A stretch of DNA of 59,956 nucleotides, counting the filler, from Basidiobolus meristosporus CBS 931.73 (taxonomy: Eukaryota; Fungi; Basidiobolomycota): NCBI GenBank assembly GCA_002104905.1. It is 3 parts of 3 records of this genome, joined end to end, with 100 filler letters (N's around TTAATTAATTAA, not from the genome) between each part and the next. Parts side by side here need not be neighbours in the genome. Positions count along the whole stretch, not along the records: positions 1 to 28,132 come from MCFE01000890.1; positions 28,233 to 40,717 come from MCFE01001241.1; 1 more part is not named here. One strand, given 5' to 3'. Below the pieces are notes generated by a model. The model searched no databases, was not told where the DNA came from, and saw nothing but the letters and a program-made list of their open reading frames with translations. Below are positions 23,192 to 34,656 of the stretch, piece after piece. Within the stretch, counting starts at the first letter, position 1. The number at the start of each line of letters is the position of its first letter. A program made the translations under genes and the position numbers.

Positions 23192-24757
23192 ATGGACCTG
23201 AACGTAGCCTCCGTCGTCAACCATGGCGATAACGCGTGGATGCTCACATCCACTGCCCTAGTCTTCATCATGTGCCTCGGTCTCGGGTTCTTCTATGGTG
23301 GTCTTGCCAGAACTAATCACACCCTCTCCCTCATGTTCCTCATGATGATCTCCACCTGCGTGGTCACCATCCAGTGGTACTTCTGGGGATACTCTCTCAC
23401 CTACAGTGTCACTACGAACAACAACTTCATCGGTAATCTGCACCATATCATTGCCCGCCATGTTGGCAATGAGCCTCATCCCAACGCCCCCACCATTCCC
23501 AGTGGAACCTACTTCATCTACCAGTGCATGTTCGCAATCATCACTCCAGCCCTTGCCTTCGGATCTACCGCTGAGCGTATGAAGATCGGACCTGTTGTGA
23601 TCTTCTTGTTCGTCTGGTCCACCTTGGTGTACAACGTGATTGCCATGTGGGTGTGGAACCCTAAGGGTTGGTTGTACCAACTTGGTGTTCACGATTTCGC
23701 CGGCGGTATTGCTGTGCATCTTGGATCAGGAGCTGCCGCTGGAGCCTACGCCCTTTTGATCGGTGACAGAAAGGATTATAGCAAGCACGGTCACTTCACT
23801 CCCAACAACGTTGCCTTTGTGTTCTTGGGTACCGCGTTCTTGTGGTTCGGATGGTTCGGCTTCAACGGAGGAAGTGAAGGAGCTGCTGACGGAAGAGCCG
23901 CCAACGCTGTCATCGTCACTCACATTGCCGGAGCTGTTGGTGGAGCCGTCTGGGTCTACATCGACTTCCTTCGTACCAAGAAGTGGTCGTTGGTCGGTAT
24001 CTGTACTGGAGCTGTTGCTGGTCTTGCTACCATCACTCCCGCATCCGGATTCGTCACCCCCAGCTCTTCTTTGGCTTTCGGATTCTTCGGAGCCATTATT
24101 TGCTACGTCTGTGTCTTGTACAAGAACATCTTGTTCCCCTTCGATGATTGCCTCGATGTGTTCGCCGTCCATTACGTGAGTGGTATCGTAGGTACTTTCA
24201 TGAACGGTATCTTTGCCGAGCAAGCAGTCATTGCTATGGGATATCCCCCAGGTGCCACCAATGTTCCCCTCGGTGGCTGGTTCGACAGACACTGGATCCA
24301 GTTGCCCATCCAAATGGCCGCTATTGCCGCATCCTCTGTCTGGTCCTTCGGAATGACCTATCTTATTCTTTGGGTGATGCTTAAGTGCGGACTTCGTCTC
24401 CGTCTCCGCGATGATGAGGAAGATCTTGGTACCGATCTTGCCATTTTGGGAGAAACTGCCTACGGATTCATGGAGCCTGCTCATGGTCATGGTCATGGAC
24501 ACGACGCCGAAAAGGGCGAGAAAATGACTAGTGCGCCTGAACAAATGGCCACCGCTGAAGAGATTCCTACCATCGTTCCCATTAACGCCACTCCCGAAGA
24601 GGTGCCTGCCGTTGCTCCCGTTAACACCACTCCCGAGGAGGTACCCGTCGTTGATTCCGTTAACACCACTCCCGAAGAGGTACCTGCCATTGTTCCTGTT
24701 AACTCCACTCCTGAAGAAGCTGCACCTGCTTCCTCTACTCCCGAGGAGGAACGTTAA
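23192..24757 (+). CDS. Ammonium transporter Amt/Mep, copy 2, with a repetitive acidic tail
   Basis: Same motifs; near-identical core to copy 1. Confidence 0.95.
   Translation: MDLNVASVVNHGDNAWMLTSTALVFIMCLGLGFFYGGLARTNHTLSLMFLMMISTCVVTIQWYFWGYSLTYSVTTNNNFIGNLHHIIARHVGNEPHPNAPTIPSGTYFIYQCMFAIITPALAFGSTAERMKIGPVVIFLFVWSTLVYNVIAMWVWNPKGWLYQLGVHDFAGGIAVHLGSGAAAGAYALLIGDRKDYSKHGHFTPNNVAFVFLGTAFLWFGWFGFNGGSEGAADGRAANAVIVTHIAGAVGGAVWVYIDFLRTKKWSLVGICTGAVAGLATITPASGFVTPSSSLAFGFFGAIICYVCVLYKNILFPFDDCLDVFAVHYVSGIVGTFMNGIFAEQAVIAMGYPPGATNVPLGGWFDRHWIQLPIQMAAIAASSVWSFGMTYLILWVMLKCGLRLRLRDDEEDLGTDLAILGETAYGFMEPAHGHGHGHDAEKGEKMTSAPEQMATAEEIPTIVPINATPEEVPAVAPVNTTPEEVPVVDSVNTTPEEVPAIVPVNSTPEEAAPASSTPEEER
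24553..24750 (+). repeat. ~36-bp coding repeat (xxVNTTPEEVPA) in the Amt copy 2 tail
   Basis: TPEE occurs five times in the C-terminal 60 aa. Confidence 0.8.
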
Positions 24758-25736
24758 AGTTCGATAGACCTATATCTCTATCTCCATTCTGGAATGTATA
24801 TTCAATTTAACTAGATAATAGAGTAATTTATACCGACACCTATTTCCGTACATTGATTGTTGATGAAAACTTTGAAACCAATAAATCGTAGTACTTTATG
24901 GACGTGCCTGATACCACTCTCTATTCGACAATCCCACGGGCCGCCAGTGGGTTACGCTCAGTATTTGGATGTATCGGCACCGTCCAAGATAGGTACAGCC
25001 GTAGATAAAGAATTGTTTGCAGAACCTACGGATTGTTCTGTTGGGAACAATCTTGGGAAAGCGTATAACCGGAGCGCTAGGTATTCGCAAAGGAGCTTAC
25101 TACTTATGGGAAGGTATCTTATCTAATTGACTGAATTGACTAAGCCTCCCCCCAAATATTCCCCTACAAATGGCTTGGGACGTACTTGAAATCCACGCGA
25201 TTAGTGCTTCCGGGAAATAGTATTGCAAGCAAATTTTTGGCAATTATTAGATGCCTTTTTCGAAGAATGTCTTAAAAAGGCCCTTTGATCCAACTGACAA
25301 AAATGTTCTGGTATGAGCTGCTAGGGAAAGGTCTGCTTCGTATGAATTCACTCCAAAAGGCTCATTCCGAAATGGTTGCCTCTCTACTAAGACACATGGT
25401 TTCGGGAATCGAGTATTGACTGATGGCTTCCAATCAGGGGCAGGCCGCTCGTCACATGATCTTCTGCGTTACCCCACCTTATTTCACCGAATTTTCCAAC
25501 TTTGTAAGGTTGAAATTTTATTTTAGATAACAACAAAGTCAATCTTTCATATGGGAAAGCACAAGGGGAAAGAATTTGGAGGTGGCGGAATATTTGACGC
25601 ATTTGTAAACAATCTCCCAAATACAAGTCAAGGTTGGTACTCGATCTGGCCGCCATCCTGAACCAGTCTTGGTTTTAACCTATTTGGTCAACTCGCTTTA
25701 GGCTCTTCCAATGGAGAAGTCTCTTTTCCGGACAGC

Positions 25737-26715
25737 ATGGTACGGCTCGTTCGGGGCGTCCCTTTTTGCACTACACCAAGAGGCTAATGCGGTTTGACGC
25801 TTCCCGTAGAAAGCATCCACTCTGTTGGAGCAAATCGCTTCCGAGAGAAGTTGGAACCGTAAGGATGTCAACGATGATTTGACCATACTAGAGAAACATC
25901 GACTATATGCGGTTCGAGATTTGAGGGATCTCAGCGAAGAGAGCTGGAAGGTAAGCGAAGTTGAAGAAAGGGTTGGGATTTCACACTGGAGCGTACAAAC
26001 TCACCATATCGACACGTCTATTCAACCCGCGCGAATAGGTGATCGAACTTCTACCACTTGTCAAGGATTTGCTAAAGAAATCCATCCAGATCGGATTGGC
26101 CAAACCAGGTACGAAACAAATCCTCTTCATTCGACCTAGTGTGTCCCAGATCCTCATATCTATCCATCAGAGGAGGAGTATCGGCGATTGAAGATCGAGA
26201 AAAAGATCAAGAAAAAGCAAAAGAAAATGGAGAAGCGCTTGGCAAGGGAGGGGTTGCGCTCGCAGGAACCAGGGAATGGAAGCGAGGCCAAGCTGGCGGA
26301 GAGTATGAGTTCCAGCTCCAGCAGTTCTTCCGAAGAGGAGATCAGCGAATCCCCCAGCAACAAGAATGCTGGTTTGGTAAAAGTAGACAACCCAAACCAA
26401 AATAGACTCAAGTATCTCCCCGGACCCGGCCGTATTCAGGCCAATGGCAACCGTATCAGAGTGTCGGCGGGCAATGGACAGGTATACGAAGTGGATAGAT
26501 ACTGCCCACATAAGAGGGTCGATCTTTCCTCCAAGGTAATCCACCAGCACAAACGCCACCCGTTCCGAAGTACTAACACTCACCTCGAACAGGGAATTGT
26601 CGTTGGAAACAATCTGATCTGCTCCAAGCACAACTGGAGCTTCTCGTTGGACCGCGGAGGTCAATGCACTCAAAACAGTAGCAGCATTCATGCTTGCGCT
26701 GTCAACGATTGGTAA
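25737..26715 (+). CDS. Spliced protein with a C-terminal Rieske [2Fe-2S]-type domain
   Basis: YCPHK...LICSKH (CxH/CxxH). Probable ATG-only first exon at 25737 with intron 25740-25809. Confidence 0.6.
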
Positions 26716-26955
26716 TGTGTGGGTGGAATCTTGCATCTTTTGTATATTAACAGCCACCGTGTTATATCCCACAATAAATCCCACTTCTGTAAACATAAAT
26801 CCAATCCAATCCAATCCCATTGTACGCTAGACATGACGGTGTGATCTGCCTGTCATTCAGGTGGTATGCTGACATGATGTGATCTCAACGTCATCTATCT
26901 CAATAAATATGTGGCTTACGAGTAAAGCCAAAGGAATCCATTTCCTTCCCAAAAA

Positions 26956-27522
26956 ATGTCCGACAAACTCGACGAAACCCGAGAGAAAGGTAGGTTGGCG
27001 CATCTCTGAGCACCGCAACTGGCCACTCAACCATTCATGACAGGCGTGCAGATGATCTTTGAGGCCTTGAAAGAGGACCCAGTCGCCAATGAGAAGCAGG
27101 AGTCGATATTGCTCCAGAAAGCGGTCAACATAGAAGCAGGTATTTTTCGGCCCCACTCCTGAACAGCCTGACATATCCACCCAACGCTTCCAGGCTCCAG
27201 TTACTGACCAACCGCAAAAACTGTCTTGCATATAGAGATCTACTCTGAGGAGCACGCTACAAACCACGAGTATAAAAGCAACATCCGGTCGAAAGTGCTG
27301 AATCTGAAGGACCAAAACAACCCCGAGCTGCGTAAGAGGGTGGTGCTGGGTGACCTGAGCGCCAAAGAATTCTCCGAACTCAACGGGGAGGAGCTCGCAA
27401 GCGACCAACGCAAAAAGGAGAATGAGGAGATTAGAGAAGAGGGGTTGAAGGGGGCCATCGGTATTGATGCCATGATACCGAATAGTCAGCCCAAGATGGA
27501 TCTGATCGATGATGGAATCTAA
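26956..27522 (+). CDS. Stand-alone TFIIS central (domain II)-like protein, spliced
   Basis: YKSNIRSKVLNLKDQNNPELRKRVVLG..EELAS; no zinc ribbon before the stop. Confidence 0.65.
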
Positions 27523-27793
27523 CCCCCGTCCCTTCCCCCAATGTTCTTTTCATTAAAGTATCGACACGATTGTTCTCCAGCAATGCAACTATCCGATGTG
27601 CTTTGATCCTATTGTCTGGATGCGATTCAGGTGGTGTATCTAAACTCCCGAAAGGGTGGGCTGATGGATGATAGAGGTACGCCCTATTGCCTGCCAGAAA
27701 ATATACCAATTCCGTATATAAGCGGGCGATTCCACATAACGAATCCCCACTCTTCTTGCTCTCTTTTTCTCCACCAGGGTGAACATCTCAAGA

Positions 27794-28132
27794 ATGCTTT
27801 CTATCGGTAAGCTTTTGTTCATCGTATCTGGCGCGCTTCTAGCCTCTGGCCATGTGGTGGAGAGAGCCTACACCCCTCCGGTTGGGACAAGCTACTGTCA
27901 GGAATTGGTGACCCATCTGAACACTCGCTACTCGGCAGGTATCCCGTTGAGAAGTGCGTAGCCGACTTCCTGCCGTCAGCAATGGAGATTCCGAGCTACG
28001 CGATCCTGCCGAGTTGAAGTGTAACGAAACTCGTTCGAAAGGCACATGAACACGGGATTCGTGTTGGTGTTTAGTTTGTCCCATAAATGAGGTGCCCAGT
28101 AGGGAAGGCGGAAGAGAAAACGAGCATGAGCA
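27794..28132 (+). CDS. Start of a probable secreted protein, cut by the gap
   Basis: MLSIGKLLFIVSGALLASG signal-like N-terminus; GT-AG introns. Confidence 0.35.
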
Positions 28133-28232
28133 NNNNNNNNNNNNNNNNNNNNNNNNNNNNNNNNNNNNNNNNNNNNTTAATTAATTAANNNNNNNNNNNN
28201 NNNNNNNNNNNNNNNNNNNNNNNNNNNNNNNN
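28133..28232. other. Assembly gap/spacer with all-frame stop linker
   Basis: 100 bp of N with TTAATTAATTAA at 28177-28188. Confidence 0.97.
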
Positions 28233-28707
28233 ATCACATGAATCGGTATAGAGTGTCATTATCATGTTCCATTTTATTATATGATATGGAGATTGTTATA
28301 TTCCATGAGTTACAAGATTAATAGAAAATTCCAAAGTTTAACGTTAGCGCCTTTGATTGTATCGAATTCATGCAGGTGATGAGCGGATACCGTAATCCTC
28401 ACGGGCCTAGTCCGTCGTATCACATTCCTTAGAAATGGCGGCTAACTAAATCATTAACTCTAAAGAGATACCGTAAATGGAAATATCAATTCCCATTTTT
28501 ATTATAATTGAATATGCGACAGTTTAAAATCCGTGTGGATATTCAAATTTAAGTCAGCGTATTTCAATATCATTGTATGGTATATTATATTATCATACTG
28601 CTTTTGCGTGTAGTGAGAAATTCGGGTTTATTGCAATTTTTATATATAATAACCATCTATGGAAAGGTTAGAGTAAACTGTACAATACTAGATATTTAAG
28701 TCACTAT

Positions 28708-29619
28708 TTAGTTGCACTCTGAAAGAACCGACTTCATTGCTGCAACTGCATTATCCATCTTCTTTTGCTCGGTTTCATTCAGTTGGATGTCAATGATGCT
28801 CTCCACTCCATTCGATCCCACAACGGCTGGCATAGAGACGTACGAGTCATACTTCTCGTTGTAGCAGGAGATAGGTCGGATATCACGACGATCATGGAGA
28901 ACAGTGTCACAGAGGGAGGCAACACAGGCACCGATACCATAGTAGGTAGCTCCCTTGCGCTCGATAATCTCATAGGCCTTGCGGGATACTCCATGAGAGA
29001 GTGCGTCGAGGTCGACTCCCTTCATCTGAGGATAGTCAAGGAGTGGAACGCCACCGACGCGAGCGGAGGACCAGGCAACGAATTGATGATCTCCGTGCTC
29101 ACCCATGGCGTAGCAGTGGATGGCTGGCTCACTGACCCCGAGGATCTTTGAGAGCTCAAGACGAAGGCGGCCAGAATCAAGGAAGGTACCAGACCCGAAT
29201 ACTTGGTTCTTGGGAAGGCCAGAGATCTTCTGGGCGATGTGGGTGAGGACATCGACAGGGTTGGCAACAAGCATGATCTTGGCAGTGGGCTTGATGGGGG
29301 CCATGCTGGTGATCACACTGTTGAGGATGTTGAAGTTCTTGGCAATCAATTGGAGACGGGTCTCGCCTGGGCGTTGATTGGCGCCAGCAGTGATCACGAT
29401 GATGTCGGCTTGACCGGCCTCTTGGTAGGTACCAACTCTGACCTTCGTGGAGGAGAGGAATTGAGAGTCGGCCAAATCGAGGGCTTGTCCCTCAGCAACC
29501 TTCTGGTTGATGTCGACCATCAACAACTCGCAGGAAACATTGCGGAGAATGATGGAGGAAGCGCAAGAAGCACCGACGGCACCACATCCGATGATAGCAA
29601 TAGTCTTGTTGGCGGGCAT
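28708..29619 (-). CDS. ldh: NAD-dependent L-lactate dehydrogenase, copy 1
   Basis: IIGCGAVG, GANQRPGETRL, ANPVD, GSGTFLDSGR, GEHGD, KGATYYGIG. Confidence 0.9.
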   Translation of the reverse strand: MPANKTIAIIGCGAVGASCASSIILRNVSCELLMVDINQKVAEGQALDLADSQFLSSTKVRVGTYQEAGQADIIVITAGANQRPGETRLQLIAKNFNILNSVITSMAPIKPTAKIMLVANPVDVLTHIAQKISGLPKNQVFGSGTFLDSGRLRLELSKILGVSEPAIHCYAMGEHGDHQFVAWSSARVGGVPLLDYPQMKGVDLDALSHGVSRKAYEIIERKGATYYGIGACVASLCDTVLHDRRDIRPISCYNEKYDSYVSMPAVVGSNGVESIIDIQLNETEQKKMDNAVAAMKSVLSECN

Positions 29620-31267
29620 ATTGTTGAAATTGTTTAATATATAAACTGAAGAATATGCAACAGATCTTGCCTCTATATATATTTTCGAAGGGTAAAGATT
29701 AGATAAAGGAATTTTCTTTTCAGGCATACATTTGCAAGCTCAAAGTACAGTAACACGGAAGTCTTTCGGTCTTCCCGGAATCGTAACCCTAAAATCACGT
29801 GACTTCTGTACCTGAACACAGATTGTTTTCAACTTGTTCTTACTGATTCCATGACGTACAAGGCATTATTGTCTACAAAGCTTTCTATATCTACCAAATA
29901 ATCAATATTCAATCCATAGTCTAATTCAGATTAGATTTCGGTACTCATCATAATAGGGCAGTGTAGCTATAAAAGGTATATGTCAATTAGGCGAAGAATG
30001 CTCCATAAGGTAATTATTGCCAGCACCAAGTGCTTCTAGAAACGTTAAACTTGAGATTTCACCACCTAGATCAACTACTGCAAGTACCTGAACACTATCG
30101 CAAGTCACTTGTCTTAACCTATCCAGGAAAGATGATTTAATATCAACCTTTAAGTAAGCGTCTGGTTATCTCGGAGGATTCGGACCACGTCGGCACTAAT
30201 TTCTTCGTAAATTAAAAAAACACTCGTAACAGAATTTCTGATGAAAAGCGCCCTGCGGAGTAGCATGTGCCTTCTGATTGCGCTGGAATGCAAAAGGTGA
30301 CATTTGTATTTGAAGAACAAGATAATTTCCCCTGCTTCTGGGCTACGAACCGTTCTCACTTGATCCAGACTAAAGACGGCTAGAATAAAATTCAATCGAT
30401 TGGACTGAGTGCGAATGGATAAAGTTGTGGGGTACCATTTTACTTCTAACTCTCGAAGTAACTCTATCGCAAATAAACATCAGGATGGGGTTTATCAAAA
30501 AGCATCTAACAGGAAGAGTATCGGTGATGTGCATAACGTCGATTCCATGAAGAGCTGTAAGGTCGCTCTAGATTGTGAGCTTCGTGGCCTAGATTACCTC
30601 GGCATACATATCAAACTCACCCTCCTAAGTATGTGTCATTATCAGACAGTTGGCGATATGAATGATCGAATGTGTAATAGACCACGAACCTAGTGCTTTG
30701 AATCTAAGATCGATTCGGATGTGTCCAATCATGGGGTGATGTTCACCAATATTTCAGGTTCGTTGGTTGACTATGAATTTGCTTTTAAAGGAATATATCG
30801 ATCAGATAGACTTCCGATACCTTATGTGGTTGTCCTTTGTCTAGTTTAAAGTGGGTGAAATGTTAACTCGGAAGTTACTTGTTCAGCAATAGCTGTGGTT
30901 CATTTAGCCTCAATAAGAACCAGATTGACGATCCTGCGCAAAACGTGGAATCGCCAGAAGGTTTTTAATATAATAACAGTAAAGTATTAACATCGTTTAC
31001 TATTTATGGAGAGATGTTGTGCTTTTTTGTAGTCAAGATAAGCGATTGTGCAATGATGGTATCGTTATGAGTACAAGCAATAATATATGCTGACAAGTAA
31101 AGCCGCCAGTCCTAATTGGAATTTACTTATTTCGCCAAACCTGGGCTTTCAATGGGTCCATCGAGATGAAAACTTGAAAAAAGATGTATCGAGAGAGATT
31201 TGCACATCCATATATAAAGAATAATGCAATCAGCACAACCTCATCATTCCTCAATTTTCTGCCTCAA

Positions 31268-32179
31268 ATGCCTGCCAACAAGACTATTGCTATCATCGGA
31301 TGTGGTGCTGTCGGAGCCTCATGCGCTTCCTCCATCATTCTCCGCAATGTTTCCTGTGAGTTGTTGATGGTCGACATCAACCAGAAGGTTGCTGAGGGAC
31401 AAGCCCTCGATTTGGCCGACTCTCAATTCCTCTCCTCCACGAAGGTCAGAGTTGGTACCTACCAAGAGGCCGGTCAAGCCGACATCATCGTGATCACTGC
31501 TGGCGCCAATCAACGCCCAGGCGAGACCCGTCTCCAATTGATTGCCAAGAACTTCAACATCCTCAACAGTGTGATCACCAGCATGGCCCCCATCAAGCCC
31601 ACTGCCAAGATCATGCTTGTTGCCAACCCTGTCGATGTCCTCACCCACATCGCCCAGAAGATCTCTGGCCTTCCCAAGAACCAAGTATTCGGGTCTGGTA
31701 CCTTCCTTGATTCTGGCCGCCTTCGTCTTGAGCTCTCAAAGATCCTCGGGGTCAGTGAGCCAGCCATCCACTGCTACGCCATGGGTGAGCACGGAGATCA
31801 TCAATTCGTTGCCTGGTCCTCCGCTCGCGTCGGTGGCGTTCCGCTCCTTGACTATCCTCAGATGAAGGGAGTCGACCTCGACGCACTCTCTCATGGAGTA
31901 TCCCGCAAGGCGTATGAGATTATCGAGCGCAAGGGAGCCACCTACTATGGCATCGGTGCCTGTGTTGCCTCCCTCTGTGACACTGTTCTCCATGATCGTC
32001 GTGATATCCGACCTATCTCATGCTACAACGAGAAGTATGACTCGTACGTCTCTATGCCAGCCGTTGTGGGATCGAATGGAGTGGAGAGCATCATTGACAT
32101 CCAACTGAATGAAACCGAGCAAAAGAAGATGGATAATGCAGTTGCAGCAATGAAGTCGGTTCTTTCAGAGTGCAACTAG
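31268..32179 (+). CDS. ldh: NAD-dependent L-lactate dehydrogenase, copy 2 (same protein sequence)
   Basis: 303-aa translation identical to copy 1. Confidence 0.9.
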   Translation: MPANKTIAIIGCGAVGASCASSIILRNVSCELLMVDINQKVAEGQALDLADSQFLSSTKVRVGTYQEAGQADIIVITAGANQRPGETRLQLIAKNFNILNSVITSMAPIKPTAKIMLVANPVDVLTHIAQKISGLPKNQVFGSGTFLDSGRLRLELSKILGVSEPAIHCYAMGEHGDHQFVAWSSARVGGVPLLDYPQMKGVDLDALSHGVSRKAYEIIERKGATYYGIGACVASLCDTVLHDRRDIRPISCYNEKYDSYVSMPAVVGSNGVESIIDIQLNETEQKKMDNAVAAMKSVLSECN

Positions 32180-32894
32180 ATAGTTACCCATACTTTCGTA
32201 TTATATAATTCAAGTCCTACATTTATAGATCTAATAAAACATCATTCAGTTGAATTAAACATTGGAGCCGGACTAAACTCGCAGGAAACACCGCCAATGG
32301 GTAAAATATAGGAGCGGGATTATAAATAATTCAGTCGATGGAAAATACAAAAATTCCTCTCTGCATGGAAATTCAGCAACTTCCAGAATTCCGTATTATT
32401 AGACATGCTTCTGCACGAGAGGAAATTTAATTCATAAGCCCGCGCGCGCGGATCACTGGCGGCTGGATGGTTTCCTGAAATAATTACAATTAAAATCCAT
32501 GTACAAGTCAAGCATGTTTGGTAGGATATTTTGCCTTCAGATTAAGCTGGAACGGGATATTGCAACATGCTCATTATGCATTCTGCTTTATATATGAGGA
32601 CCATCGTTTTTGATTCTTGTAATAGCTGGATTGATTTTACTACAACTTCGACCGACACCACAAGTGTTTGAGGCTTTACTTTATCTATTGACTGTTGGAT
32701 ACCATTATTTTTTGTTTTGGCTGGCGCCGCTTTCCAAATCTTCACTAGGTTTATGATCTGGTGATATTCCCTCGAAATCATATACAGATAGATTATAGTA
32801 GATTTGCGTCAAATCATATATATCATCCAGCATCCCGACATTACCAGCACTTTCAGCCCCTTCCAGTTTTTTCACTTCCTTCCCCACAAAAACC

Positions 32895-34289
32895 ATGAAA
32901 ATCTCGAAATTGTTCAAAAATCCTCTACTACTCCCGTTGTTTATCCAATTAGGCAACAATCTGATAAGCTATGCGTGCGAATGCCCTCTACCTACTCCCA
33001 AAACATATACAAGTTATCGACGCTCTGGGACGATTGAAATCGATGGCAAGTTGGACGAAGAAGCTTGGGACAGAGCCCCTTGGACAGAAACATTTGGCAA
33101 TGTCTTTGGAGAGGACGAACAATTCCCTCGTCCTCCAGAAAACATTGAAACCAAAGTCAAGGTATCCTCGATATTGATATTCATTACCAACAATCTTAAC
33201 CGACCATGCTAATCATGTTTACACTAGTTGATTTGGGACGATCAATACTTGTATGTAGGTGCATTGTTATTGGATCCAGTGATCAGAGCATTGGAAAATG
33301 AAGCAGTATTAGGTGAAGGTGAGTATTATGACACTCATAACTTTCTGGATAGACTTATTAATTCCAAAGCAGTTTTTGACGACAACACTTTCCAGCTATA
33401 CTTGGATCATGACAGGACAAACCACAATTACAAGGTCATCCAGATGAATCCTAATGGTGTCTATAAATCTTCCATATACAACAAACCTCCTTCCGACGAT
33501 GGGTATGAAAGTTGGTGGGATTTAGGCCCAGACTTCGAATTCAAGATTTACACCCATGGCGAGGTAAATAACAAGGATTGGAAGCCTGTGGAAGACGGAT
33601 ACTGGTCAGTAGAAATGAAGATTCCCCTCGATCGACTTTCGGCCAGAGTTTTCGATTCCCTCGGAATAAAAAAAAGAGCCGAAGAAACCTCAGCGATGCC
33701 AACATATATGGGGCTCAACTTTTTAAGGTAAATTATTGAGTCTTTCGCCTGCTTAAACGCTACTAAATAGGGCAACCTCCTTTACAGAACAGGGTTCCCA
33801 CCTAAAGGAGTAGTGAACATCCAAGCACAGTCTACTACCGTGCAAAGCACGGTTTCGAGTTTCTTTTTGTTTGGGTTGGGTAACTTCAACACGTTGTTCA
33901 AGCGCCATGAAGTTGGGCCCAAGTACCAAACCTCCTGGTCACCGCTACACTCAAATGATATACATCATCCCGAACTTTGGGGACAAGTAATGTTCCGGAA
34001 CACAACGAACACCTACAAGCCATTTGTCCCGGATCAAAGTTATCCAACAAGATTTGCCCTGATGCAGATATACTACGGAGAAAAAGCATATGCCGCGACA
34101 CACGACGGAGTGTACACAGAAAACTACCAGGATTTGGATATTGATGTGCAGCTAGTCGAGGATTGCATTGGGCCGCTTAAAATTCGAACATCGGATGACG
34201 GTGTCTCATACGAGGCATCTATTAGATACCGAAAGCAAACAGGACATATACGAGAGGATAGATATCTCCATTTTACTGATAACCACTAA
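32895..34289 (+). CDS. Secreted carbohydrate-binding family 9-like (DOMON-type) protein, spliced
   Basis: Signal peptide, IEIDGKLDEEAW, WDDQYLYVGA, YKVIQMNPNG, WSVEMKIP, HHPELWGQV. Confidence 0.7.
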
Positions 34290-34656
34290 TCTTGAGGATC
34301 CACCCGTTTTCTTGACAAAAATGCCTCTGTATTCATAGCTTAAACATTCTATCAGCATCCGGTCCGTATCCATGTGTGCTCAACGAGTATTGTTATGACC
34401 TGAAGTCGTAGCATACTGCTTTATTAACTCATTTCAAAAACTGAATATCCGATAAAATATCGCAGGCATTCCATGTCCCAACCACTTTTACTTTTAATTA
34501 TACTTCTGGCCATTCAACTAGCGACTAATTGTGAATGCATTGTGTTAATGCTAAGCAGCTTTTGTGTAATAAATACTTGATGTAGTAGATATCGCTTTAT
34601 TTTAATTTTACATGTATTTTAATTACAAAACCTAGGAAACATAATATTCATATAAA

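Noticed and set aside
28133-28232. Palindromic TTAATTAATTAA in the middle of N runs (also 40762-40773)
   Set aside because: Identical 100-bp spacers with stops in all six frames are an assembly or concatenation linker. Adjacency across them is unproven.
30600-30800. DVSNHGVMF..GSLVDYEFA, resembling a fungal protein kinase (FunK1) fragment
   Set aside because: Too short and broken to support a call.
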